Assembly (NCBI GenBank): GCA_030674455.1
Contig: JAUSGQ010000029.1
Location: 6,625 to 70,624, forward strand
Length of the DNA stretch: 64,000 bases
Direction of reading: 5' to 3'
Source of the DNA: a bacterium
GTDB taxonomy: Bacteria > Patescibacteriota > Minisyncoccia > Phycocordibacterales > UBA2100
The position numbers and the translations under genes were made by a program. Below the pieces are notes generated by a model. It saw nothing but the letters and a program-made list of their open reading frames with translations, was not told the DNA's origin and ran no database searches. Of this stretch, positions 20,601 through 29,551 are shown piece by piece (position 1 is the first letter of the stretch; each line of letters starts with the position of its first letter).

Positions 20601-20776
20601 CCGTACGCGCCGGACACGAGAAAGAGTTCGAGAACATCGTACGCAAACTTCCATTCGTGAAAATAGGCACAACGACGGATAATTCAAATCTCACGCTTTC
20701 CATCGGGCGTCAATATGCCGATATATCGGTATATGAGCTTACGCAGGCTTATAAATCATTTTTTAAGAATTGGTAA
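17696..20776 (+). CDS. purL: Phosphoribosylformylglycinamidine synthase PurL with N-terminal extension (PurS/N-domain-like)
   Basis: 'LAQTWSEHCKHTIFADPLDEI', AIR-synthase-related repeats. Followed by purQ. Confidence 0.85.
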   Translation: MTHRISVTSNIPDSRAQNYLRTLRELFPKSGLSAASLLQVYTIDADLSASELREAAERLTNPITERFSTTQIPAPDSYSCAIEIGFLAGVTDNVGHTARQTIEDCIGREFAEGESVYSSYILFLTGEITSEIAQSMARELYNPLIERATVFSGVQKDFPIVVPKVKLASSEASVAEVNLNVDAAELEKLGKEGIKDSSGVRRGPLSLSLKQLQVIQNHFSKRKRNPTDIELESLAQTWSEHCKHTIFADPLDEIKEGIYRKYIKGATGKIRKEKAKKPVRGTASNGPGDFCVSVFTDNSGAIAFDDRYLVTHKVETHNSPSALDPFGGSVTAIVGVNRDTLGFGLGAKPIVNVYGFCVADPNDTTALYRYSERKQPLLPARRILEGVVRGINAGGNQSGIPTALGFLAVDPSYRGKPLIYGGTIGLIPRKSPSGSRGRPRKLYEKRAQAGDYIVMVGGRVGADGIHGATFSSESLSSGSPATAVQIGDPITQKKLSDAIIREARDAGLYSSITDNGAGGLSGAVGEMAKESGGPSPRRSGLRPREGGCIVDLSTVPLKYPGLAPWQIWLSESQERMTLAVPKKNWTALKKIFDRHNVEATRIGTFTNSGRCIVKFGKEKVMDMEMSFLHDGRPIEVQKSKKPARVNSEPPAAARSSDLSESLLKMLARPNIGSISFISEQYDHEVQGSSVTKPLEGKGRVNADSAVLQPLPDTNRGIVLAHGYCPWYSGIDTYAMAAASIDTAIRNAVCAGASRDYLAILDNFCWSSSNTPERLYELKESARACFDIATAYGTPFISGKDSMFNDFRGFTEDGKKIQISAQPTLLISALGVIPDVTKAMTIDFKQAGDLIYLVGETNDELGASEYFAMLGEEKGNLVPIVDAKKNARIYDALSRAISGKGHTHILENVRMFGCVASAISLGRGGLGVALAKSCVAGQLGASVNLKNIPGDAKQDDSILFSESQGRVLVSVRAGHEKEFENIVRKLPFVKIGTTTDNSNLTLSIGRQYADISVYELTQAYKSFFKNW

Positions 20777-21303
20777 TTATGTTTTCGCAGGAAAATGAGT
20801 CTAATAAAGAGCGCGTTATACCAGACCTGGTTGTTCAAACAGCAGCTTCTCCTGGAGAAAGTTATAAGATATGTGCAGATTTTATAGAAAAGATGCGCAC
20901 AAGATATCCAAAAAGAAATTATCTATTGAAAGGAATCATAGACAATCTCGACCCAGATAAACATCCGAGGACGCCGATTTCATATTTCGGTAAAGTTAAA
21001 GAAGAAATCGTGGGAATAATTGTAGGAGAAAAAGAAGGCGATGTGTTTAATGGTTATATTTTCCTTGTAGATCAGAAATATCAAAACACAAATGTTGCCG
21101 TGTCTCTTATGAGATCCCTTCAAGCAGACGAATCTACCATTAAACTGGTGCCAGCTCCTATTGGCATGCGTAAATATACCTCTCCAGAACAAAGAGAACA
21201 TCTAACACGCGCTCTCGAGCGATATTACAAGAGATTTGGATTCGTTCCTTCATCAAATCATACAATGGTTTGGCACAGAGGAAATCCGAAGAAAAACGTA
21301 TGA
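20770..21303 (+). CDS. Hypothetical protein, possibly GNAT-like acetyltransferase, inserted between purL and purQ
   Basis: AT-rich ORF by eye. Weak GNAT-like C-terminal 'YYKRFGFVP'. Overlaps both neighbours. Confidence 0.35.
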   Translation: MVIMFSQENESNKERVIPDLVVQTAASPGESYKICADFIEKMRTRYPKRNYLLKGIIDNLDPDKHPRTPISYFGKVKEEIVGIIVGEKEGDVFNGYIFLVDQKYQNTNVAVSLMRSLQADESTIKLVPAPIGMRKYTSPEQREHLTRALERYYKRFGFVPSSNHTMVWHRGNPKKNV

Positions 21304-22100
21304 AGAAACCTCAAGTCATAATATTTTCCGGTTACGGACTGAATACGGAGGACGAAACGAAAACCGCTTTTGAGATGGCGGGTGCTACTGCTGATATCGT
21401 GCACATCAACGACATCATCGCTCGCCCGGCAATTTTGAAGAAAGCACAAATTATTGTTTTTCCGGGAGGATTTTCTTATGGCGATGACACCGGCTCGGGC
21501 AAGGCGTATGGCAATCGCTTGAAACATCACCTCGGCAAAGAACTCGAGGAGTTCCTTTCGCGCGACACGCTTATGCTCGGTATTTGCAACGGATTTCAAA
21601 TAATTACGAGCGCGGGCATTTTACCGGGGGCGCTGATCGCCAACGACCCGACTCCGCAAGACGGAGGACGGGCAGGTTCTGCGCGCTACATTTGCAGATG
21701 GGTGGACCTCGAAATAAAAGGAGAAAGCCCGTGGCTCAAAGGAATCAAGACTATTTCAGTTCCTATCGCGCATGGGGAGGGAAAATATTATGTGCCAAAA
21801 GAAACACTCGAAAAGATAAAAAGCGAGGGGGCGATAGCGTTACAGTACTTTGGAGGTGAAACCTCCAAGCACCTAAATCTCCCGGCGAATCCGAACGGCT
21901 CGCTGGAAAATATTGCAGGCATCACCGGCTATGGAGGCCGCGTCTTAGGGCTCATGCCGCATCCCGAGCGCGCGGTTAGGTTCACACAGCTTCCGCACTG
22001 GACATATCTTCGCGAATCATATATACGCCAAGGGGCGCCCTTGCCACAGGAGGGGCCAGGACTGCAAATCTTCAAGAATGCGGTGCGATATTTCGATTAG
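21300..22100 (+). CDS. purQ: Phosphoribosylformylglycinamidine synthase glutaminase subunit
   Basis: 'MKKPQVIIFSGYGLNTEDETKTAFEMAG...LGICNGFQI...HGEGK' class-I GATase PurQ. Confidence 0.85.
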   Translation: MKKPQVIIFSGYGLNTEDETKTAFEMAGATADIVHINDIIARPAILKKAQIIVFPGGFSYGDDTGSGKAYGNRLKHHLGKELEEFLSRDTLMLGICNGFQIITSAGILPGALIANDPTPQDGGRAGSARYICRWVDLEIKGESPWLKGIKTISVPIAHGEGKYYVPKETLEKIKSEGAIALQYFGGETSKHLNLPANPNGSLENIAGITGYGGRVLGLMPHPERAVRFTQLPHWTYLRESYIRQGAPLPQEGPGLQIFKNAVRYFD

Positions 22101-22221
22101 TTTCAATTTGTGTAAGGAAAAAGCGTGATAGAGTTCTAAAGGATTATAGGATTACATGAAGTGTTCCCTAGGCCGCAAGCCTAACGGAATGGGCCAGAAA
22201 GCCCCATGATCCTTATGGTCC

Positions 22222-22893
22222 TTGATAAAGGAGATCGCAGTGAACAAGAGTGACAAATATTTAGTGAACAAAGTTCCGAAACAGATGCGTGAATCCTGGG
22301 AGCGCAATAACCCGGGAGTTCCCGTGCTTGAAGCGCTCCGGCTGGCAAGATATTGTGTCAGGGTGTATCAGTCAGCAATGACGGCCCTTTTTGTGGGCCT
22401 AATCGTCTCGTTTTGGACTTTCTATAATGCGAACGAAATATTCTTCATCCTCGCGTTTTACATGTGTACTCTTCCGTTGGCCGTAATTTTTTTGGTTCTC
22501 GGGATGGAGGTGCCGCAGGAGCCCTACGAGGCACGGATAGAGAAATTCTTGAAGGATCTGCAACAACTCGGCGAAACCCTCGTTTCGTTAATCGCAGAAG
22601 GTTGTGATCGAGAACGTGCAATAGCTTTGGCGGTAACAAGCCAGGCGGCAACTGCAGTTACGGTGCTTGACGCCGAATCTGCAGTAAAGGCAGTGGCAGA
22701 CTGTCTTCTGCGATGCGAGAAAGGCGGCACAATTGATGCGCTTGGCGCCGCGTGTACGCAGTATCAATCATTAAAAAAAGAACACAGGTCACTGTGTTCG
22801 GCTGCACTGCAGTTCGGATTGACGGACGGTAGTGAAGGCCCGTCATTCGCCGTCGCGGAGAAGCTAATAGCATCACGGCCACCAATGCAATAG
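22222..22893 (+). CDS. Hypothetical membrane protein
   Basis: ORF with two predicted TM helices. No recognised domain. Followed by a stem-loop (22903-22947). Confidence 0.35.
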   Translation: MIKEIAVNKSDKYLVNKVPKQMRESWERNNPGVPVLEALRLARYCVRVYQSAMTALFVGLIVSFWTFYNANEIFFILAFYMCTLPLAVIFLVLGMEVPQEPYEARIEKFLKDLQQLGETLVSLIAEGCDRERAIALAVTSQAATAVTVLDAESAVKAVADCLLRCEKGGTIDALGAACTQYQSLKKEHRSLCSAALQFGLTDGSEGPSFAVAEKLIASRPPMQ

Positions 22894-23011
22894 GCCGCTC
22901 GTAGGACGATGACGCCGCTCATCGCATCACGAGCGGCTTCATCTTTTACGACTAAATTGACTTATTAATTGGACGTTGAGAACTTCACTCTTTTAATGCT
23001 AAAATGCATTC

Positions 23012-23539
23012 ATGAATTCTGCTACTGGCTCACCTCTCGTCGGAATCATCATGGGCTCGGATTCGGATTTGCCAGTGATGAAAGACGCGGCGGAGATTCT
23101 CAAGGAATTTGGACTCGAAAGCGAAGTGAAGGTTCTCTCTGCTCATCGAACGCCTGACCAAGCTATTGAATACGCCAAGACTGCAGAGACAAACGGACTC
23201 AAAGTAATTATTGCTGGCGCCGGAGGCGCCGCACACTTGGCGGGAGTTACGGCGGGGAACACGGTTCTTCCCGTTATCGGTGTTCCGATTTCCACTAAAG
23301 CGCTCAAAGGCATAGATTCGCTCCTTTCGACTGCGCAGATGCCGCCTGGAGTTCCCGTTGCGACCGTAGCTATCAATGGCGCAAAGAATGCCGGCATCCT
23401 CGCGGCGCAAATTATCGCGGAAGGGAATCCGGAACTGCGGGAGAAATTGCGCTCATACAAAAAGAAAATGGAAAAGGACGTATTGGCAAAAACGGAAAAG
23501 TTGGCAGACATAGGATACGAAGCGTATCTCAATCAATGA
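23012..23539 (+). CDS. purE: N5-carboxyaminoimidazole ribonucleotide mutase
   Basis: '[15 protein letters not shown]...[11 protein letters not shown]...[15 protein letters not shown]' PurE motifs. Confidence 0.9.
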   Translation: MNSATGSPLVGIIMGSDSDLPVMKDAAEILKEFGLESEVKVLSAHRTPDQAIEYAKTAETNGLKVIIAGAGGAAHLAGVTAGNTVLPVIGVPISTKALKGIDSLLSTAQMPPGVPVATVAINGAKNAGILAAQIIAEGNPELREKLRSYKKKMEKDVLAKTEKLADIGYEAYLNQ

Positions 23540-24669
23540 ACATGACTGCCAATGCCTATGCAATCTCCGGTGTTGATGTAGATATAGAAGCCGAAGCATC
23601 GCGCATAATGTACGAGGCCTCAAAGCAGACGTTCGCGAATCGCGACGGGCGCATCGGGGCTGTCGTCACGCCATTCGATGATTTCGCCGGATTGAAAATG
23701 GTTTCTGTCGAAAATCTACCGCGCGGCAGTTTTATGTCGGTGGGTTTTGATACGGCGGGAACAAAAGTAGAAATCGCGCAGAGAGTAGGGAAGCACGACA
23801 CTATCGCGTTCGACCTGCTTGCGATGGTGTGCGACGACGCGATTTTGCGTGGGGGCGAGCCCATCCTAGTCGGGACGAATCTGGATATAAAGAGTCTGGG
23901 CAGTGATGAGAAATACCTGCCAATTATCCGCGAGCTCGCTGTCGGATATGTCAACGCTGCTCGTGAGGCAAATGTCGCCATCATCAACGGCGAGATTGCC
24001 CAAATGGGTTCGCTCGTGCATGGGTGGGGAGATTTTCCGTATCACTGGGGCGCGGCCTGCGTGTGGGTGGCGCGTAAAGAAAAGTTATTTACCGGCGAAG
24101 AAATAAAAAAGGGTGATTCAGTCGTCGTTCTTCGCGAGAATGGTTTTCGCAACAATGGATTTTCTCTGATCAGAAGAATATTCGAGGAAGCGCACGGCGC
24201 AGAGTGGCATACCATTAAGCACGGGGCTTCAACATTAGGATTGCTCGCGCTCACTCCGTCGAAGATTTACTCGCGATTTGTTGTCGGATTGCACGGAGGA
24301 TTTGAATCGGAAGGTTCGTGCAAGATTCACGGTGTGGCGCACATTACCGGCGGCGGCATTCCCGAGAAGCTTGGGCGCGTACTACGCAGAAGCAAGCTCG
24401 GCGCAAACCTGTCTAATCTATTTGAACCCGCGGAGATAGTTTCTCACTGCCAAAAGCTTGGAAATATTCCAGACATGGATGCGTACCGCGCTTGGAACAT
24501 GGGGCAGGGGATGGCGCTCGTTACGCCGGAGCCCGACAAAGTGCTTGCGGAGGCAAAATCAGCTGGAATTGATGCACAGATAGCGGGTGAAATAACGGGC
24601 GAACCGCAGGTTATAATCGAAAGCAAAGGGGTCGAGAACCCTGGACAAAGATTAGTATTTGATGTATAA
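23536..24669 (+). CDS. purM: Phosphoribosylformylglycinamidine cyclo-ligase (AIR synthase)
   Basis: AIRS N/C domains: '[12 protein letters not shown]', '[18 protein letters not shown]', '[11 protein letters not shown]'. Confidence 0.85.
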   Translation: MNMTANAYAISGVDVDIEAEASRIMYEASKQTFANRDGRIGAVVTPFDDFAGLKMVSVENLPRGSFMSVGFDTAGTKVEIAQRVGKHDTIAFDLLAMVCDDAILRGGEPILVGTNLDIKSLGSDEKYLPIIRELAVGYVNAAREANVAIINGEIAQMGSLVHGWGDFPYHWGAACVWVARKEKLFTGEEIKKGDSVVVLRENGFRNNGFSLIRRIFEEAHGAEWHTIKHGASTLGLLALTPSKIYSRFVVGLHGGFESEGSCKIHGVAHITGGGIPEKLGRVLRRSKLGANLSNLFEPAEIVSHCQKLGNIPDMDAYRAWNMGQGMALVTPEPDKVLAEAKSAGIDAQIAGEITGEPQVIIESKGVENPGQRLVFDV

Positions 24670-24675
24670 TTATAT

Positions 24676-25647
24676 ATGACTGAAGTTCTCAAAGAAACCA
24701 ACTTTTCCAACCTCGGTGAAAAGAAAACGGGCAAAGTCCGCGACATTTACATACAACCCGAGCGATTGGTGCTCGTGACGACCGACAGACATTCTTCGTT
24801 CGACCGCATCATCGCTCACATCCCGCACAAGGGCCAAGTGCTGAATCAAATCAGCGCTTTTTGGTTTGAGCAGACAAAAGATATTATTCCCAACCACGTA
24901 CTCGCGATTCCGGACCCCAACGTGACCATCGGTAAGAAATGCACGATGGTTCCCGTTGAAGCTGTTGTGCGCGGATATGTCACAGGCGTTACCGGTACAT
25001 CCATTTGGACACGGTACTCAAAAGGAAAACGGGATTTTGGCGATATTGTCTTGCCGGACGGATTGAAGAAAAATCAGAAATTGCCTCACCCGATATTTGA
25101 CCCGACGACAAAAGAAGATACGCACGACAGGACGCTTTCGCTTAAAGAAATGGTCTCAGAAGGATTGGTTACAGCGGAAATCTTGGAGCAGATACAAAAA
25201 ACGGCTCTCGCATTGTTTGCGCGAGGAGAAGAAATCGCAAAATCACGCGGACTTATTCTTGTGGATACGAAGTACGAATTTGGTTTAGACAAGTCTGACT
25301 TGTCGGAATCCGACAAGTCAGACTTGTCTAAAGGGCGATTGGTGTTGATTGACGAAATTCATACGCCCGACTCCTCGCGCTATTGGCAAGCGGATTCCTA
25401 CGAAGAGCGATTTTCAAAAGGCGAAGAGCCCCAGTATTTTGATAAGGAATTTTTACGCCTGTGGTTCAGGGAGCATTGCGACCCCTACAAGGACGCGACA
25501 CTTCCGGAGGCGCCTAAAGAGCTCGTGCAGGAGCTTTCGCGACGCTACATCCAAATGTTCGAGCAGATTACGGGAAAGAAATTCGTACCAGGCGAAGAGC
25601 CGATAATTCCGCGCATGGAGAAGAATTTATCAGCGTATAGCGTCTAG
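24676..25647 (+). CDS. purC: SAICAR synthetase. Contains a short in-frame tandem duplication (KSDLSESDKSDLSK, nt about 25290-25330)
   Basis: 'GKVRDIY...LVLVTTDRHSSFDR', 'VVRGYVTG' SAICAR synthase motifs. Confidence 0.85.
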   Translation: MTEVLKETNFSNLGEKKTGKVRDIYIQPERLVLVTTDRHSSFDRIIAHIPHKGQVLNQISAFWFEQTKDIIPNHVLAIPDPNVTIGKKCTMVPVEAVVRGYVTGVTGTSIWTRYSKGKRDFGDIVLPDGLKKNQKLPHPIFDPTTKEDTHDRTLSLKEMVSEGLVTAEILEQIQKTALALFARGEEIAKSRGLILVDTKYEFGLDKSDLSESDKSDLSKGRLVLIDEIHTPDSSRYWQADSYEERFSKGEEPQYFDKEFLRLWFREHCDPYKDATLPEAPKELVQELSRRYIQMFEQITGKKFVPGEEPIIPRMEKNLSAYSV

Positions 25648-25665
25648 CTTCTAGCGTCTAGAAAT

Positions 25666-27132
25666 ATGACTCAATCAGAAAATGCAAAGAACTACCAGCT
25701 GACCGCGATTAGTTCTGTTGACGGACGTTATCGAGATTTACTTGAACAGTTTGGGGAACGGTTCAGTGAATTTGCCCTCATCCGCGCGCGCATCCGTGTT
25801 GAGTGCGAATATCTTTTGGCGCTTTCAGAAGAAAAAGAATTGGGAATCAGGAAATTATCCGCAGAAGAGAAAGAGATTCTTGTAGGACTTTTTCGCATAT
25901 CGATTGAAGACGCGCGAATCGTGAAAGCAATCGAGAAAGACGGCTACGAAGGAATTCCGGCTACGAATCATGACGTGAAGGCAGTTGAGTACTTCATTAA
26001 GAAAAAGCTCGCAAAAACATCTCTCGCGGATGTTTCTGAATATGTGCATTTCGCGCTTACGTCGGAAGATGTAAATAATTTTGCGTACGCACTTCTTCTT
26101 GCCGACGTTCTGGACATGGAGATAATTCCTGCGATTGATGCCGTTAGGAGCAACCTGAATGACATGTCTTCGAAATACGCCGCAACGCCGATGCTTGCGC
26201 GGACGCATGGCCAACCGGCTTCACCCACGACTTTCGGAAAGGAAATGCGTGTGTTTGAGTCTCGCATTGCCCGCCAGCTTCAGAAACTCAAGTCGAGTAG
26301 TATTCTGGTAAAATTTGCCGGCGCGACAGGGAATTACAACGCACATGTTGTTTCAGCTCCTAAAGTGGATTGGCAAATTTTCAGCGAGAAATTTATAGAA
26401 CGGTTCAATGCGTCCGGCCCACAAGGTGCGACCTTGGGGAATTCTAAAGGTCGCACCTTAAAGGCCGGTATACGGCTCGAACTGAACAAAGCCACAACTC
26501 AAATAGAGCCTCACGACACCTATGTGGAACTTTTCGACACAGTTCGGCTCATCAACACGATACTCACAGGATTTTCGCAGGACATGTGGCGATACATTAG
26601 CGACGGATGGATTACTCAAAAGCCGAAGGCCGGAGAAATCGGTTCTTCGGCGATGCCGCACAAAGTTAATCCGATTGATTTTGAGAATGCGGAAGGGAAT
26701 TTGGGAATTGCGAATTCCCTCTTTGAACATTTTTCTCGAAAGCTACCTATCTCTCGATTACAGCGCGACCTCTCTGATTCTACGGTAGAGCGCACGTTCG
26801 GAACCGCGTTCGCCCACTCTCTTATCGGTTATAAATCGCTCCTAAAAGGGCTCGGCAAGGTCAGCGTAAACGAAAAGGCGATGCTTGAAGACCTGCAAGG
26901 GCACCCGGAAGTTCTTGCGGAAGCATTTCAGACCGTTCTGCGACGCGAGGGCGTGGAGGTTCCATACGAGAAACTAAAAGACCTCACGCGCGGGAAACAA
27001 GTAACGCTAGATGATTTCGCGAAATTTATCGACGGATTATCGGTAGACGAGAAAGTAAAGAAGAATCTAAAAGCATTAAGGCCTGAAAACTACATAGGCC
27101 TTGCCGAGAAGATAGCGAAAGGGAAGAAGTAA
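25666..27132 (+). CDS. purB: Adenylosuccinate lyase
   Basis: 'FALTSEDVNNFAYALLL', 'MPHKVNPIDFEN' lyase_1/ADSL motifs. Confidence 0.9.
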   Translation: MTQSENAKNYQLTAISSVDGRYRDLLEQFGERFSEFALIRARIRVECEYLLALSEEKELGIRKLSAEEKEILVGLFRISIEDARIVKAIEKDGYEGIPATNHDVKAVEYFIKKKLAKTSLADVSEYVHFALTSEDVNNFAYALLLADVLDMEIIPAIDAVRSNLNDMSSKYAATPMLARTHGQPASPTTFGKEMRVFESRIARQLQKLKSSSILVKFAGATGNYNAHVVSAPKVDWQIFSEKFIERFNASGPQGATLGNSKGRTLKAGIRLELNKATTQIEPHDTYVELFDTVRLINTILTGFSQDMWRYISDGWITQKPKAGEIGSSAMPHKVNPIDFENAEGNLGIANSLFEHFSRKLPISRLQRDLSDSTVERTFGTAFAHSLIGYKSLLKGLGKVSVNEKAMLEDLQGHPEVLAEAFQTVLRREGVEVPYEKLKDLTRGKQVTLDDFAKFIDGLSVDEKVKKNLKALRPENYIGLAEKIAKGKK

Positions 27133-27158
27133 CGTCCACCAGTTGCAATTTGAGACAT

Positions 27159-27194
27159 ATCTACTTGCTTATTCGCGCGAATAAGCAAGTAGAT
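27159..27194. promoter_or_regulatory. 36-nt perfect palindrome atctacttgcttattcgcgcgaataagcaagtagat, 15 nt upstream of the ArsR-type regulator gene. Candidate operator or mobile hairpin
   Basis: Perfect dyad symmetry. The same core recurs at 27504-27539 and 16105-16134 with compensatory outer-arm changes. Confidence 0.6.
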
Positions 27195-27208
27195 GATACA
27201 ATGAGCAG

Positions 27209-27475
27209 ATGCATGAAATAGAATTGGAACGGCAGCTCAAAGTGCTAGGCAACAGACGGAGGCTTGCTATCCTGAATCTTTTGCGCAAGCGAAAGGATGT
27301 AAACGTAAGCGATATAGCAGACGCCATCAAGCTTTCACTTACATCAACATCGAGGCACTTGATTATGCTTGAGCGAATGGGGTTCGTCGAAAAGGAACAA
27401 AAAAGTCTTAACGTGTACTATCGAATCACTTCTACTCCAGCAGATACGTTGCGTGATGTGCTTAAACTGCTCTAG
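27209..27475 (+). CDS. ArsR/SmtB-family HTH transcriptional regulator (88 aa)
   Basis: 'GNRRRLAILNLLRKRKDVNVSDIADAIKLSLTSTSRHLIMLERMGFV' winged-HTH ArsR pattern. Confidence 0.75.
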   Translation: MHEIELERQLKVLGNRRRLAILNLLRKRKDVNVSDIADAIKLSLTSTSRHLIMLERMGFVEKEQKSLNVYYRITSTPADTLRDVLKLL

Positions 27476-27503
27476 CGATGCCCCACGTGTGAATTTCGAT
27501 GTT

Positions 27504-27539
27504 CAATACTTGCTTATTCGCGCGAATAAGCAAGTATTG
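27504..27539. repeat. 36-nt perfect palindrome caatacttgcttattcgcgcgaataagcaagtattg, 3' of the ArsR-type regulator gene
   Basis: Seen in sequence. Confidence 0.9.
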
Positions 27540-27600
27540 AGAATATGAAGAAGAAGGAATGATGAATAAAAGTGATGAAGAAAACAGACTTTCAGTTAAT

Positions 27601-28377
27601 TTATTGCCGGAGGCCTAAGCCCGTGCGGATGAAGTACCAGTTTACGGCTATGAGAATCGCGGTGAGCGCTCCTAAGACGCCGAGACTGGTCATTAGAGAT
27701 ACGTCTGATACGCCCATAAAACCATCGCGGAAGCCGTTTACCATGTAGAAAATGGGGTTTGCAAAAGTCAATTTCTGCCAAAGCGGCGGGAGCGCTAGCG
27801 CCGAATAGAAAACGCCGCCGAGATACACAAGCGGAGTCAAAACGAATGTCGGTACGATGGTGATTCCGTCAAAACTTTTTGCATAGATGCCGTTTACAAG
27901 CCCGGCCAGGGAAAATAACATGCTGGAAAGAATTAAGAATATGAGAATTGTAAACGGTTGCGTTAGAGGCAATGAGGTGAAAAAGGCAGAAATAATTATG
28001 ACCAAAATTCCTATCGTTATTCCGCGCACCATGCCGCCGGCGACATATCCCGCGATTATGACCCACACGGGTGTCGGCGAGACGAGTATTTCATCGATGT
28101 TGCGTGAGAAGAATTTGGCCTGAAAGAAAGTCGTTGCCACGTTTGAAAATGAGTTGGTGACGACCGCGAGCATCACGAGCCCGGGGACAACGAACGTGAT
28201 ATACGGGTATCCGCCGATTTCTCCGATGCGGCCTCCGAGAACTTTTCCGAATACGAGAAAGTAGAGAACTGAAGTGATTATGGACGGCAAGAATGTTTGC
28301 GGCCAAATGCGGAATATGCGAACAACGTCTTTTCGGACGATGGTGTAAAACGATGTGAGCATTTGAGAAGGAGTCAT
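27601..28377 (-). CDS. ABC-2 type transporter permease
   Basis: Six-TM profile. 'ABC-2' family signature region 'TFANPIFYMVNGFRDGFMG'. Confidence 0.75.
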   Translation of the reverse strand: MTPSQMLTSFYTIVRKDVVRIFRIWPQTFLPSIITSVLYFLVFGKVLGGRIGEIGGYPYITFVVPGLVMLAVVTNSFSNVATTFFQAKFFSRNIDEILVSPTPVWVIIAGYVAGGMVRGITIGILVIIISAFFTSLPLTQPFTILIFLILSSMLFSLAGLVNGIYAKSFDGITIVPTFVLTPLVYLGGVFYSALALPPLWQKLTFANPIFYMVNGFRDGFMGVSDVSLMTSLGVLGALTAILIAVNWYFIRTGLGLRQ

Positions 28378-28389
28378 AGCGTATAGCGT

Positions 28390-28755
28390 TTAGCGATTAG
28401 CGTTTAGTTCTAATTTCTTAATCATGACTGACAGCATCTTCTGAACTTCTGTTAACAAATTCTTCGCCTTATCATAGTTAATACGCTTGTGTGCAGATTC
28501 CGCGATCAGAATTTGCGTTTCTAGCTCGGCGGCTGAACCATCGGCTATGCGCAAAAAGTGCAGGAAATCTTTTTTTGTGTTCCGTCGATGGCCCTCTGCA
28601 ATATTTGATGGGATTGAAACAGCCGCCCGGCACATCTGACTCTGGAGCCCAAATAATTCGCGCGGTGGAAATTCGCTTGTTCTAGCGTATACCTCTTTTG
28701 CAAGCTCTACAGCCTTTTGCCAGACAATCAGTTCTTTGAACGATGTGATGTACAT
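28390..28755 (-). CDS. Four-helix-bundle protein (23S rRNA intervening-sequence protein family), flanked by 13-bp inverted repeats agcgattagcgtt / aacgctaatcgct
   Basis: 'ELIVWQKAVELAKEVYARTSEFPPRELFGLQSQMCRAAVSIPSNIAEGHRR...GSAAELETQILIA' is the canonical 4HB family pattern. Inverted repeats at 28392-28404 and 28777-28789. Confidence 0.8.
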   Translation of the reverse strand: MYITSFKELIVWQKAVELAKEVYARTSEFPPRELFGLQSQMCRAAVSIPSNIAEGHRRNTKKDFLHFLRIADGSAAELETQILIAESAHKRINYDKAKNLLTEVQKMLSVMIKKLELNANR

Positions 28756-28780
28756 ATTTCTATCCGCTATTCGCTGAACG

Positions 28781-29551
28781 CTAATCGCTGTTTTTTGCAG
28801 TTAACTGCAAAAAGACCTCCTCTAATTTCCCCCCGCGATAGCCCTGCTTTTGCGCCTTATCTTCGTCGTGCAGGGACAGAACCTCGTCCATTGTTCCCGA
28901 GGCGACGATAATTCCCTTATTGATGATGGCTACATGTTTGCAGAGCTGTTCCGCTTCTTCGAGATAATGAGTGGTGAGCAGAATGGTGACGCCGCGTTTG
29001 GTTAAGATATGTAGGTAATCCCACATTTCACGGCGCAGCTCCACATCGACGCCGGCCGTCGGCTCGTCGAGTATCAAAAATCGCGGCTTATGAATGAGTG
29101 CGCGCGCAATCAAAAGCCGGCGCTTCATTCCGCCGGAGAGCGACCAGCCGGTCTCGTTTCTTTTGTCGCCTATGCCGAGGTCCTTCAGCAACTGGTCCGC
29201 ATAGGGAATCGCGGTCTTGCGCGGGATTCCGTAGTATCCTCCCTGATTTACAACCACGTCGATACATTTTTCAAAGGGATTAAAATTGATTTCTTGCGGG
29301 ACGACGCCTATGTATGTGCGCGCCGCTTCGGAATCTTTTTCTATGTCGTAGCCAAACACGGATATGCTGCCGCCCGTTTTATTTACCAATCCGGTTACGA
29401 TGCCGATGATGGTGGTTTTTCCGGCGCCATTCGGGCCCAGAAGTGCGAAAAAATCGCCAGCAGGAATATCGAGCGACACGTCCTTCAGCGCTTCTGTGCC
29501 GTTACTATAAGTTTTCTTAAGATTCTTGATTGAAAGGGCAAGCGATGTCAT
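28781..29551 (-). CDS. ABC transporter ATP-binding protein
   Basis: Walker A 'GPNGAGKTT', signature 'LSGGMKRRL', Walker B 'LILDEPTAGVD'. Confidence 0.85.
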   Translation of the reverse strand: MTSLALSIKNLKKTYSNGTEALKDVSLDIPAGDFFALLGPNGAGKTTIIGIVTGLVNKTGGSISVFGYDIEKDSEAARTYIGVVPQEINFNPFEKCIDVVVNQGGYYGIPRKTAIPYADQLLKDLGIGDKRNETGWSLSGGMKRRLLIARALIHKPRFLILDEPTAGVDVELRREMWDYLHILTKRGVTILLTTHYLEEAEQLCKHVAIINKGIIVASGTMDEVLSLHDEDKAQKQGYRGGKLEEVFLQLTAKNSD

